Shown here one piece after another: positions 27,356-36,738 of a stretch of DNA of 44,618 bases. Below the pieces are notes generated by a model that was not told the origin of the DNA, did not search any database, and worked only from the letters and a program-made list of their open reading frames with translations. Location of the stretch: assembly GCA_045602525.1 (NCBI GenBank), contig JAZSBS010000076.1:1-44618 (forward strand), written 5' to 3'. A program made the translations under genes and the position numbers. Every line of letters begins with the position of its first letter. Positions within the stretch are counted from its first letter, which is position 1. This stretch comes from Acutalibacteraceae bacterium. Its GTDB lineage: Bacteria; Bacillota; Clostridia; Oscillospirales; Acutalibacteraceae.

Positions 27356-27395
27356 ACCTGTGTATGTTTACTTTATAGAAATAAAGGTGTTTATT

Positions 27396-30005
27396 ATGAA
27401 ATGGATGTCACTTAACGAACTTCGTGAAAGGTATTTATCATTTTTTGAATCAAAGGGTCACCTGCGTCTTGGCAGTTTTTCTTTGGTGCCAAATAATGAT
27501 AAATCATTGTTACTTATAAACTCGGGTATGGCTCCTATGAAAAAGTATTTCACAGGCGAGGTAACCCCACCGCGTAACCGCGTTACCACCTGTCAAAAGT
27601 GTATTCGTACGCCTGACCTTGAGCGTGTTGGTATAACTGCGCGTCACGGCACGTATTTTGAAATGCTTGGTAACTTCTCATTTGGCGATTACTTTAAGAA
27701 CGAGGCTATTCCGTGGGCTTGGGAATTTTTAACAAAAGACCTTGAAATTCCCGAAAATCTGCTTTGGCCCTCTGTTTATGAAGAGGATGACGAGGCTTAT
27801 GCATTGTGGCGTGACGTTATTGGTGTGCCCGAAGAACATATTGTAAAGCTTGGTAAGGCAGATAACTTCTGGGAGCACGGTACAGGTCCTTGCGGTCCTT
27901 GTAGCGAGATTTATTTTGATCGTGGCGAAAAATACGGTTGTGGCAGCCCTGACTGTAAGCCTGGTTGCGAATGCGACAGATATATGGAAATCTGGAACAA
28001 CGTTTTCACCCAGTTTAAAAATATGGGTGACGGCACCTATACTGAGCTTGAACACAAAAACATTGATACAGGTATGGGTCTTGAGCGTCTCGCTTGCGTA
28101 ATGCAGGGCGTTGATAATATGTTTGAGGTTGATACCATACGTAATATACTTGATAAGGTTTGTGAAATTTCAGGCAAAACATACGGACAGGACCAAAAGG
28201 TAGATGTTTCTATCCGCGCTATTACCGACCACGCGCGTGCTTCTACCTTTATGATAAGCGACGGTATTATTCCTTCAAACGAGGGTCGTGGCTACGTGCT
28301 TCGTCGTCTCATTCGTCGTGCTGCCCGTCACGGACGTCTTATCGGTATTGACCGTGCGTTCCTTGTGGAAATGGTAGAAGCCGTAATACGCGAAAACGCT
28401 TCGGGTTACCCTGAACTTGTAGACAAGCAAGAGCTTATTAAAAAGGTTATCGCCAACGAAGAAGCAAGTTTTTCAAAGACTATTGACCAAGGTCTTACCA
28501 TTCTTGCTGACCTTACAGCAAACGGCGGTACACTTTCGGGTGAAGATGCATTCCGCCTATATGATACCTACGGTTTCCCACTTGACCTTACACGCGATAT
28601 TCTTGCAGAAAAGGGCATGACCGTTGACGAGGATGGCTTTAACACTCTTATGCAACAGCAACGTGAAAAGGCTCGTAACGCTCGTAAAGCATCTGACGGT
28701 GAGAGCTGGAGCAGTGACGGCATTAACTTTGACGATATTGTCGCTACCGAATTCTTGGGTTATACACAAAATGAGTGTGAGGCTACCGTTCTTGACATAG
28801 TTGTTGAGGGCGAGCACGTATCTTCGGCAATGGCAGGTCAAAAGGCTATTGTTGTGCTTGACAAAACCGTTTTCTATGCTGAAAGCGGCGGTCAGGTAGG
28901 CGACAGCGGTGCTATTACAGGCTTTGATGTTGTTGATACCAAAAAGACCGTAGACGGCATATTTACTCACGTTGGCACTGCAAATGATACTATTTCGGTA
29001 GGCGATAAGGTAAACGTTAAGATTGACATTGCTCGTCGTGAGGCTATCCGCCGTAATCATACTGCGGCTCATCTTTTGCAAGCGGCTTTACGTCAGGTGC
29101 TCGGCACCCACGTTGAGCAGGCAGGTCAGCTTGTAAATGATAAGGCAGTTCGTTTTGACTTTACACATTTTTCAGCGTTAACTGCCGAAGAAATCGAGAA
29201 GGTTGAAACGCTTGTAAACACCGCAATTCTTGACGGCATTGTAGTTGACAATCGCGAAATGCCAATTGACGAGGCACGTGCACTTGGCGCTATGGCACTC
29301 TTTGGTGAAAAGTACGGTGATATTGTTCGCGTTGTAAAAGCGGGCGAATTTTCAACCGAGCTTTGCGGTGGCACACACGTTGACAACACAGGTAAAATCG
29401 GTCTGTTTAGAATTATATCTGAAAGCGGGATTGCGGCAGGTACACGCCGTATCGAAGCATACACAGGCTTTAATGTTGTAAATCTTATAAATCACTATAA
29501 ATCATTGCTTACCGACACAGCGACTACACTTAAAATTGGTAATATCGAGGATGTGGCTACTAAGGCTGCGGCTACTGTAAAGCAGATGAAAGAAGACTCT
29601 AAAAAGATTGAGTCACTCGAGGCAAAACTTGCTTCGGGCAAACTCAATGACCTTATGGCAAATGCGACAGAAGTAAACGGTGTTAAGGTTGCTACTGCTA
29701 AATTTGACGGCACAGCACCTGATGAGCTTCGTAAGATGATTGATACTATTAAGGCCGAAAATGATGATGCTGTTGCAGTTTTGGCGGCTGTTAATGGCGA
29801 AAAACTAACATTTTGCGCAGGTGTTGGCAAAGCAGCACTTTCAAAGGGCGCACACGCAGGTAACATTGTACGCGCAGTAGCCCAGATTGCCGGCGGTAAC
29901 GGTGGCGGCAAGCCTGACAGCGCTATGGCAGGCGGTAAAGAAATTGCGAAAGCCGACGAAGCTTTAGCTGCAGTAAGCTCTATCGTTGAAGGTCAGTTGA
30001 AATAA
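27396..30005 (+). CDS. alaS: Alanine--tRNA ligase
   Basis: Start at ATG 27396 (MKWMSLNELRERYLSFFESKGH). Motifs FTNAGM-like SGMAPMK, the WNNVFTQF motif, the editing-domain HTAAHLL, and the C-terminal DHHA1-like GGGKPD are present. Confidence 0.95.
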   Translation: MKWMSLNELRERYLSFFESKGHLRLGSFSLVPNNDKSLLLINSGMAPMKKYFTGEVTPPRNRVTTCQKCIRTPDLERVGITARHGTYFEMLGNFSFGDYFKNEAIPWAWEFLTKDLEIPENLLWPSVYEEDDEAYALWRDVIGVPEEHIVKLGKADNFWEHGTGPCGPCSEIYFDRGEKYGCGSPDCKPGCECDRYMEIWNNVFTQFKNMGDGTYTELEHKNIDTGMGLERLACVMQGVDNMFEVDTIRNILDKVCEISGKTYGQDQKVDVSIRAITDHARASTFMISDGIIPSNEGRGYVLRRLIRRAARHGRLIGIDRAFLVEMVEAVIRENASGYPELVDKQELIKKVIANEEASFSKTIDQGLTILADLTANGGTLSGEDAFRLYDTYGFPLDLTRDILAEKGMTVDEDGFNTLMQQQREKARNARKASDGESWSSDGINFDDIVATEFLGYTQNECEATVLDIVVEGEHVSSAMAGQKAIVVLDKTVFYAESGGQVGDSGAITGFDVVDTKKTVDGIFTHVGTANDTISVGDKVNVKIDIARREAIRRNHTAAHLLQAALRQVLGTHVEQAGQLVNDKAVRFDFTHFSALTAEEIEKVETLVNTAILDGIVVDNREMPIDEARALGAMALFGEKYGDIVRVVKAGEFSTELCGGTHVDNTGKIGLFRIISESGIAAGTRRIEAYTGFNVVNLINHYKSLLTDTATTLKIGNIEDVATKAAATVKQMKEDSKKIESLEAKLASGKLNDLMANATEVNGVKVATAKFDGTAPDELRKMIDTIKAENDDAVAVLAAVNGEKLTFCAGVGKAALSKGAHAGNIVRAVAQIAGGNGGGKPDSAMAGGKEIAKADEALAAVSSIVEGQLK

Positions 30006-30010
30006 ACATT

Positions 30011-30835
30011 ATGAAAATTAAATTTTTAGGTACTGCGGCGGCCGAGGCATTTCCGGCTATGTTTTGCGATTGCGAAAATTGCAAAAAGGCAAGAGCTCTT
30101 GGCGGTAAAAATATTCGCACACGCTCACAAGCTTTGATAGATAACGATTTGTTTATAGATTATTCGAGCGATACTTATTATCACGTGATAACGCATAATA
30201 TAAATCTCTTAGATATTAAAAGTGTTCTTATTACCCATATACACGATGACCATTTTTATCCAAATGATTTAAACTGGATGGCAAGGGGTTTTTCAATGCC
30301 TCCTGAGGATTGGCACGGTATTACGGTTCACGGTAGCGTGGATATTGAAGTACTGCTTTCTGAAATAGTGGCAAATTCGCGCGAATATTTAAAATGTGAA
30401 TCACATCCTGTGTTTAAACCTTTTAAAGTGGACGATTATACCGTAACCGCACTTAAAGCAACACATGGTACTGAAAATCCGTATATATACATAATTGCCA
30501 AGGATAATAAAACACTTTTCTATGTGCAAGATACAGGCTTACTGCCCGAAGAAACATGGGAATATTTAAGGAACAGTAATCTCTATTTTGATGCGGTTGT
30601 AATGGACTGTACAGCAGGCACTACAGATATTAGTTATTCGTCCCATATGGGCTTGCCACGCAACATTAAAACACGCGGTCAAATGTTTGAAGTGGGTTTG
30701 GTTGACAGCAATACCAAATTTGTACTTAATCATTTTTCACACAATGGTGGAGATGCTGTGTATGATGAATTTGAACCTATTGCAAGGAAAAACGGTTTTA
30801 TTACTTCTTATGAAGGTTTAGAAATAGAAATATAG
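30011..30835 (+). CDS. MBL-fold metallo-hydrolase (PhnP-like)
   Basis: It has the HIHDDH metal-binding motif and an N-terminal CDCENC cluster. Confidence 0.7.
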   Translation: MKIKFLGTAAAEAFPAMFCDCENCKKARALGGKNIRTRSQALIDNDLFIDYSSDTYYHVITHNINLLDIKSVLITHIHDDHFYPNDLNWMARGFSMPPEDWHGITVHGSVDIEVLLSEIVANSREYLKCESHPVFKPFKVDDYTVTALKATHGTENPYIYIIAKDNKTLFYVQDTGLLPEETWEYLRNSNLYFDAVVMDCTAGTTDISYSSHMGLPRNIKTRGQMFEVGLVDSNTKFVLNHFSHNGGDAVYDEFEPIARKNGFITSYEGLEIEI

Positions 30836-30846
30836 GAGAATGAAAT

Positions 30847-31188
30847 ATGTCTGATTGTCTATTTTGTAAAATAATTGCAGGGGATATACCCTCTACCAAG
30901 GTTTATGAAGACGAGTGGGTTTATGCTTTTTTAGATATTGACCCACAAGCGCCTTTTCACGCAGTAATAGTGCCAAAGATACACGTTGCATCTGCGGCTG
31001 AAATAACTGCAGAAAATAGTCATTATATTTCAAAAATTTTTGAGGCTGTGGCTAAAATCGCAAAACAAGAAAATCTTGAAAAAGGTTTTCGTGTTGTAAA
31101 CAATTGCGGTGAAGATGGCGGTCAAACAGTAGGTCACATACATTTTCATCTACTTGCACGCCGCTATTTACAATGGCCTCCAGGTTGA
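30847..31188 (+). CDS. HIT-family (histidine triad) nucleotide-binding protein
   Basis: CLFCKII at the N-terminus and the HIHFHLL triad. Confidence 0.85.
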   Translation: MSDCLFCKIIAGDIPSTKVYEDEWVYAFLDIDPQAPFHAVIVPKIHVASAAEITAENSHYISKIFEAVAKIAKQENLEKGFRVVNNCGEDGGQTVGHIHFHLLARRYLQWPPG

Positions 31189-31207
31189 TGGTAAAGGAGA
31201 AATAAAT

Positions 31208-31747
31208 ATGTCTGAATTCTATACTATGAAAATTGCAGGACTTGAGCGTAAGCTTGAAAAATTTCCTGTAAGCGACAAGCTTGATATTGCCGCATTTATA
31301 ATCTTTGGTGACGTAGAGCTTACTATTGCCGGTTGCGCAGAGCTGCTTAAAAAGGTTCCTGAGTTTGATGTTGTGCTTACTCCAGAAGCTAAGTCTATTC
31401 CTATGGCCTATGAAATGGCTCGTCAGAGTGGCAAGCCATACATAATTGCTCGTAAGGGTGTAAAGGTTTATATGCGTAATCCGCTTGAGGTTTCAGTGCG
31501 TTCTATTACAACACAAAACGAACAGCATTTGTACTTAGGCGAAAACGAGGTAGAGCAGATAAAGGGCAAGCGAGTGCTTATTATCGATGACGTTATCAGC
31601 ACAGGCGAATCACTTGCCGCTGTGCGCGAACTTTTAAAACAGGCAGACGCCATCGAGGCCGCCGCTTGCGCATTCTTAGCCGAAGGCGATGCCGCTGACC
31701 GTGATGATATAATATTTTTGGAAAAACTTCCTTTGTTTTTTAAATAA
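31208..31747 (+). CDS. Phosphoribosyltransferase family protein (type I PRTase)
   Basis: Start at ATG 31208, behind AAAGGAG. The PRPP loop reads VLIIDDVISTGESL. Confidence 0.7.
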   Translation: MSEFYTMKIAGLERKLEKFPVSDKLDIAAFIIFGDVELTIAGCAELLKKVPEFDVVLTPEAKSIPMAYEMARQSGKPYIIARKGVKVYMRNPLEVSVRSITTQNEQHLYLGENEVEQIKGKRVLIIDDVISTGESLAAVRELLKQADAIEAAACAFLAEGDAADRDDIIFLEKLPLFFK

Positions 31748-31758
31748 GAGGTGTGAAT

Positions 31759-32325
31759 ATGGACACACTAAACCAATTTGAAATAGGTATTCTTGATTTT
31801 ATTCGTGAAACCTTTTCTTGCAAATTTTTGGATTACTTCTTTGTAGGCATTACAAGTCTTTCAAATAAGGGCATTTTTTGGATAATTTTGGCAGTGATTT
31901 TACTTTGCTTTAAAAAGACAAGAAAAACAGGTATTTGCTTGGGTGTTGTGCTTCTTATCGGCGAGATTGTCGGCAACCAAATTCTTAAAAAGATTTTTGA
32001 AAGACCTCGCCCATATATTGTAAATCCTGATATAACACTTGTTATTGATAAACTTTCTTCATTTTCTTTTCCGTCGGGACATTCACGTTGTGCGGTTGAG
32101 TGTGCTGTAGCCATTTTTTATAACAACAAAAAATGGGGAATTGCGGCAATCGTGGTGGCAGCGCTGACCTGTCTTTCAAGACTTTATCTTTATGTGCATT
32201 ACCCGACTGATGTTTTAGCGGGTGCGGCACTTGGCGTAATTGACGGTTTGCTTGCAATATTTATTGTTAAAAAGGTTGGCGAATACACAAACAACCGAAA
32301 ATCTAAATTGAGACAGGAGAAATAA
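31759..32325 (+). CDS. PAP2-family phosphatase (undecaprenyl-diphosphate/phosphatidate phosphatase-like)
   Basis: Motifs KxxxxRPRP (KKIFERPRP), PSGHS, and a third-motif-like VHYPTDV are present. It has several TM segments. Confidence 0.8.
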   Translation: MDTLNQFEIGILDFIRETFSCKFLDYFFVGITSLSNKGIFWIILAVILLCFKKTRKTGICLGVVLLIGEIVGNQILKKIFERPRPYIVNPDITLVIDKLSSFSFPSGHSRCAVECAVAIFYNNKKWGIAAIVVAALTCLSRLYLYVHYPTDVLAGAALGVIDGLLAIFIVKKVGEYTNNRKSKLRQEK

Positions 32326-32326
32326 T

Positions 32327-33415
32327 ATGTTAAAGAGAATGCTAAAAGAACGCGATTTATTACCTATTTTAAAAATGAATGACGGTAGCCCCGTTACAGT
32401 AGAAAATTGGCGTGAGCGCCGAGCTGAAATGCTTGACGATTTGCAAAAATATTCTTATGGCTACACTCCCGATTGTTTAGGTGAGGGTACGGGCGAAGTG
32501 ATTTTTGAAGATAAAATTGCCTATGCCGGTAAGGTAACCGAACAGCATATAAACATTACCTTTAATACGCCAAACGGACCGTTTACATTTTATAGTGAAT
32601 TATATATTCCAAATGCTGTAGAAAAACCACCTGTATTTTTAAATCACGCATTCCGTCGAGTACCCGATAGATATATACCGGTAGAGGAAATTACCGATCA
32701 GGGTTTTGCGTTGTTTGTTATGGTTTACAAAGAGGTTGTAAACGATAACCATTACGGCGATTTTTCTGACGGTATGGGAAAAATGTTTGGAGTAGAAAAT
32801 CCACGTGAGGATAAAACACAGTGGGGCAAAATTGGTATGTGGGCGTATGCTGCATCACGCGCGCTTGATTACCTGTTAACGCGCAGTGATATTGATGCCG
32901 AGCATACTGCGGTTATCGGTCACTCACGTCTTGGCAAAACAGCGCTTTGGACCGCCGCACAGGATGAACGTTTTTGGTGTGCAATATCAAACGATTCGGG
33001 TTATGGCGGCGCCGCCACCTCAAAGCACGGCACAGGCGAAAAGGTAGACGACTTTTTAAAGTGGGGCAGTTGGGATTGGTTTTGCGAAAACTTTAAGGAT
33101 TATCAGGGTAAAGAGGACGATAAGCCTTACGACCAAGCACATCTTATAGCATCTATTGCGCCGCGTCTTGTTTGTGTAGGTTCGGCGGTAGAAGATTGGG
33201 CCGCTGACCCCGTGTCAGAGTTTTTAACCTCACTTCACGCAAGTACGGCTTGGGAGATTTTGGGCGAAAAGGGACTTATTACTCCCGATAAAATGCCCGA
33301 AGTAAACGACCACTTAACCGAAGGTAACATAGGCTACCACCTACGCGCGCACAGACATTTCTTCTCGCGAGAGGATTGGAATTATTACATTAAGTTTTTA
33401 AAATCAAAATTATAA
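32327..33415 (+). CDS. Alpha/beta hydrolase, glucuronoyl-esterase (CE15)-like
   Basis: The GHSRLGKTALW nucleophile elbow resembles the CE15 GCSRxGK motif. There is no signal peptide. Confidence 0.45.
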   Translation: MLKRMLKERDLLPILKMNDGSPVTVENWRERRAEMLDDLQKYSYGYTPDCLGEGTGEVIFEDKIAYAGKVTEQHINITFNTPNGPFTFYSELYIPNAVEKPPVFLNHAFRRVPDRYIPVEEITDQGFALFVMVYKEVVNDNHYGDFSDGMGKMFGVENPREDKTQWGKIGMWAYAASRALDYLLTRSDIDAEHTAVIGHSRLGKTALWTAAQDERFWCAISNDSGYGGAATSKHGTGEKVDDFLKWGSWDWFCENFKDYQGKEDDKPYDQAHLIASIAPRLVCVGSAVEDWAADPVSEFLTSLHASTAWEILGEKGLITPDKMPEVNDHLTEGNIGYHLRAHRHFFSREDWNYYIKFLKSKL

Positions 33416-33453
33416 AAACACAGTGGATGGCTATTTTCCATCCACTGTGTTTT
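33416..33453. terminator. Bidirectional terminator
   Basis: Hairpin acacagtggatgg/ccatccactgtgt with flanking A and T runs. Confidence 0.8.
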
Positions 33454-33469
33454 ATACACATCATTGCTA

Positions 33470-34540
33470 TTATAATACTATCAGATTTTTATCACTTTTG
33501 GTAAGATTTATGCATCCGTTTTGGGTAACATATACCATATCCTCAATTCGAACGCCAAATTTGTTTTCAAGATAAATACCGGGTTCTACAGTGACAACAT
33601 TACCCACTTGCAGTGTGGCATTGTTGTTTGGACTAAGATTTGGCGCTTCGTGAACATCTATACCGACGCTGTGGCCAAGTGCATGGCCGAAGCAACCCTT
33701 GTATCCGGCATCATAAATTATATCGCGTGCGATTTTGTCAATATCACCGCAAACCGCATCCGCTTTAATGACATCTAGTGCGGCAAGCTGTGCCTTAAGT
33801 GTAGTGTCATAAACCTTTTTCTGTTCATCGCTGATACTGCCAACTGCTACAGTACGTGTCATATCACTGCAGTATCCACCCACAATGCCACCAAAATCCA
33901 TAGTAATGAAGTCGCCTTTTTCAATCTTTTTATCGGTAGGAACACCGTGAGGCAGGGAAGAGTTTTTGCCAGATACCACAATAAAATCAAACGATACACC
34001 CGAGGCGCCAAGGCTTCGCATAAAAAATTCCATATCAAGCATAACCTCGCGCTCGGTTCTGCCGACAGTAATACGAGGTAATATGTAATCAAAGGTTTGG
34101 TCGGTGAGGGCCTGCGCCTGTTTAATTAGCTGAAGCTCGCCCTCGCATTTTACGGCGCGCATTTCGTTGAGCTTTAAATCCAATATATTTTCTTTGGATA
34201 TTTTAATATCATTAAAAACATCGCATAAGTATTTATAATGTGAAAGGCTTACATTTGAGGCTTCGACAAACACAAGTTTAATTTTTTCTTGTTTTAAAAA
34301 CTCATAAATTCCCTTGTCGCCCTTGTCATACAGCACAACGTTACAACTGTCTACTGCGCCTTTTGCTTTTTCAAAGTATCTGAAATCTATAAAAAACACA
34401 GCCTTTTCACGCGTTACAACAACAGTACCTGCACTTGAATTAAAGCCTGTAAGATAAAATCGGTTGGCGCCGTTTGATATCAAAAATGCCTCGTTGTCTT
34501 TTAAGTTTTCTTGTAAACTTAAAATGCGATTTTTAATCAT
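33470..34540 (-). CDS. M24-family Xaa-Pro aminopeptidase/dipeptidase
   Basis: Motifs DFGGIVGGYCSDMTRT, GHALGHSVGIDVHE and VEPGIY are present. AGGTGA RBS. Confidence 0.8.
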   Translation of the reverse strand: MIKNRILSLQENLKDNEAFLISNGANRFYLTGFNSSAGTVVVTREKAVFFIDFRYFEKAKGAVDSCNVVLYDKGDKGIYEFLKQEKIKLVFVEASNVSLSHYKYLCDVFNDIKISKENILDLKLNEMRAVKCEGELQLIKQAQALTDQTFDYILPRITVGRTEREVMLDMEFFMRSLGASGVSFDFIVVSGKNSSLPHGVPTDKKIEKGDFITMDFGGIVGGYCSDMTRTVAVGSISDEQKKVYDTTLKAQLAALDVIKADAVCGDIDKIARDIIYDAGYKGCFGHALGHSVGIDVHEAPNLSPNNNATLQVGNVVTVEPGIYLENKFGVRIEDMVYVTQNGCINLTKSDKNLIVL

Positions 34541-34703
34541 TTTATCACCTTAAAAATTTATTTACATAAATCGGTCAAATTTTTAAAAATTTAAGAATAT
34601 AATAAAGATAACGGAAAGAAATTTCCACGCTATGTACATAAGCCGATGTCGCGGCAATAGTCGTGAATAAGCCGACGGTAAGTGTACGACTACGGCATAG
34701 TGT

Positions 34704-34748
34704 TAAAAAACCACTTGGGCGCAATTCAAATGGCGAATTGCGCCCAAG
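34704..34748 (-). terminator. Intrinsic terminator of the thrH-like gene
   Basis: Hairpin cttgggcgcaattc/gaattgcgcccaag at 34714-34748. The minus strand has a T6 run at 34705-34710. Confidence 0.8.
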
Positions 34749-34754
34749 ACCATT

Positions 34755-35354
34755 TTATAAAGCTTTTTTAATAGCGTCAAGCAGTTCGTCATACTCTTCA
34801 AAGGCTGGGAGCTCAGGGTAATCCGATTTTATCTTATCAGTAGATTTAAAAAGAAATCCTGCTTTGCTGGCGAGTATCATACCAAGGTCGTTAAAGCTGT
34901 CGCCTGCGGCTATTGTATCAAATCCGCAAGACTGAAGTGCGCGAACGGTGGTAAGTTTTGACTTTTCGCAGCGCATTTTATAGCCTGTAATCTCGCCATT
35001 TTCAGCAACCTCTAAGGTGTTGCAGAAAATGGTTGGCATTCCAAGCTTTCTCATAAGGGGAGCCGCAAACTGTTCAAAAGTATCACTTAAAATGATTACC
35101 TGCGTAACACTTCTTAGTTCATCTAAAAATTCTTTAGCACCATCCATAACGTCAATTTTTTCAATAACCGCCTGAATTTCTTTAAGACCTAAATTATGCT
35201 CTTTTAAAATATCAAGACGGTATTTCATAAGCTTGTCATAATCGGGCTCGTCACGGGTGGTACGCTTGAGTTCGGGTATACCAACCTCGTTTGCAAAGGC
35301 TATCCAGATTTCAGGGACTAATACGCCCTCCATATCCAAACATACTACATTCAT
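34755..35354 (-). CDS. thrH: HAD-family phosphoserine phosphatase / homoserine phosphotransferase, ThrH-like
   Basis: The N-terminus VCLDMEGVLVPEIWIAFA closely matches the ThrH N-terminus as I recall it. ILSDTF and AAGDSFND motifs are also present. Confidence 0.7.
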   Translation of the reverse strand: MNVVCLDMEGVLVPEIWIAFANEVGIPELKRTTRDEPDYDKLMKYRLDILKEHNLGLKEIQAVIEKIDVMDGAKEFLDELRSVTQVIILSDTFEQFAAPLMRKLGMPTIFCNTLEVAENGEITGYKMRCEKSKLTTVRALQSCGFDTIAAGDSFNDLGMILASKAGFLFKSTDKIKSDYPELPAFEEYDELLDAIKKAL

Positions 35355-35381
35355 TTTTATTACCTCGTTTGTGAAAGAATT

Positions 35382-35831
35382 TTAAAGAAGATATGTGGGA
35401 AGATCGTGATCCTTTATGCAAAGAACACGGAATTTTTCTTCGTGTATATTGTTGGCCTTTTCGACCACTTTTGTTTTTAAAAGCTCTGCATAAAGATTGT
35501 TTGCGTCACGCTTGTTTTCTATATTTATAACAACCGCATCAATCTGTGTAAAGCGTAATTCTTTTGCGACGTTATAACGGCGGTAGCCGTCTATAAGCCA
35601 CGCTTCACCCTTGATGGTTACAGCCACTAAAACGGGGCAGAGTATACCGCGCTTTTCAATGCTTTTCTTTATGCTTTCAATATCATCGGGCGCTTTTGCG
35701 ACCGATAAAGCGCCGATTTTGTCAATCGGAAAGCTTGTAATACTGCCAATTGCAGAGTTGTTTGTGTTTTGAGTTTTAACCGCGGCGGTTGAGTTTACCG
35801 CGCGGGCTATACTGCTTTTACCTATTGACAA
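35382..35831 (-). CDS. ParB N-terminal-domain-only protein (about 149 aa)
   Basis: The likely start is TTG 35831, 9 nt after GAGGAGG. ILCPVLV...WLIDGYRRYNVAKEL resembles the ParB/Srx box (GERRxRA region) with Y in place of E. There is no HTH or dimerisation domain. Confidence 0.5.
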   Translation of the reverse strand: MSIGKSSIARAVNSTAAVKTQNTNNSAIGSITSFPIDKIGALSVAKAPDDIESIKKSIEKRGILCPVLVAVTIKGEAWLIDGYRRYNVAKELRFTQIDAVVINIENKRDANNLYAELLKTKVVEKANNIHEEKFRVLCIKDHDLPTYLL

Positions 35832-36609
35832 GTGAAACAACCTCCTCGGTGAGTGATTTATATTCCTTAGCGCTGCGTGCAGACGGCTTGTATGCGGCTA
35901 CAGGCAGTGATGAATCCTGCGCCCATTCGATAGAACTATCAGTGCGTATGTAGTTTTCAAAAAGATGAACGCCATCGGTGTTTTGCAGTGTTTCAATGGT
36001 CTGTTTGAAATAATTTTTGCGTGAATCAACCTTTGTTACCGCAACACCAAGTAGTGAAAGTTCGGGGTTTATCTGCTTTACCGTACCAAAAAATTCAAAC
36101 ATATTAGCAAGACCGAAAAGTCCCCACGGACTTGCTTCAACAGGGATTACAAGGTAATCAGATGCACAAAGCATATTCATAACCCAACCGCCAAGCGTTG
36201 GCGGCGCATCCATTAAAATAAAGTCGTAATCGCCGCTATCTTTAACGTTTTTAAGGCAGTTTTTAAGAATAAGCTCGCGTTGCCATTTTGAAAAAAGGTC
36301 AAACTCAATATTGCTCATAAGACTTGAAGACAGCACCATATCAAGACCGTCGTACTTTGTGGGTGTTATGTAATCGTTAATAGCTTTTTGATTGGTTACA
36401 GCAGTGTAAATGTTGTTGCCACTTTGAGCCGATGCTAATACTTCATCCTCTGAAAAGAGTGACAGTGATAAATTCATCTGCATATCGCCATCTATCAGCA
36501 ATACCTTATAACCCATTTTAGACAGCTCATATCCAACATTACAGCAGGTGGTTGATTTGCCACTGCCTCCCTTGTTATTAGCAAAACAAATTGTAACGGT
36601 TTTTTTCAA
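35818..36609 (-). CDS. ParA/Soj-family ATPase
   Basis: Deviant Walker A NNKGGSGKST and Walker B-like FILMDAPP. The likely start is TTG 36609 (MKKTVTICF), 10 nt after AAGGAG. GTG 36618 is an alternative start. Confidence 0.8.
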   Translation of the reverse strand: MKKTVTICFANNKGGSGKSTTCCNVGYELSKMGYKVLLIDGDMQMNLSLSLFSEDEVLASAQSGNNIYTAVTNQKAINDYITPTKYDGLDMVLSSSLMSNIEFDLFSKWQRELILKNCLKNVKDSGDYDFILMDAPPTLGGWVMNMLCASDYLVIPVEASPWGLFGLANMFEFFGTVKQINPELSLLGVAVTKVDSRKNYFKQTIETLQNTDGVHLFENYIRTDSSIEWAQDSSLPVAAYKPSARSAKEYKSLTEEVVSLVNR

Positions 36610-36738
36610 GGCAAACACGCTCCTTTACTATATATATTATATTTTTTATATATAAAAGTCAACAGTTTGTGGTTTTATTTTTTGTCGCAATTCACATCTG
36701 GAATTGGTTTTTCGTAATATATATAGGGGTGAAAATTC

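Noticed and set aside
27279-27395. A 39-aa N-terminal extension of alaS
   Set aside because: It covers the consensus promoter itself. AlaRS proteins begin near MxxLxxxELRxxFLxFF, which matches ATG 27396 with its AAAGGTG RBS.
35831-35838. GTGAAACA half-site of the canonical parS (TGTTNCACGTGAAACA) at the parA/parB-like junction
   Set aside because: Only 8 of 16 nt match and the other half is absent. An 8-mer is expected about once by chance in 44 kb across both strands.
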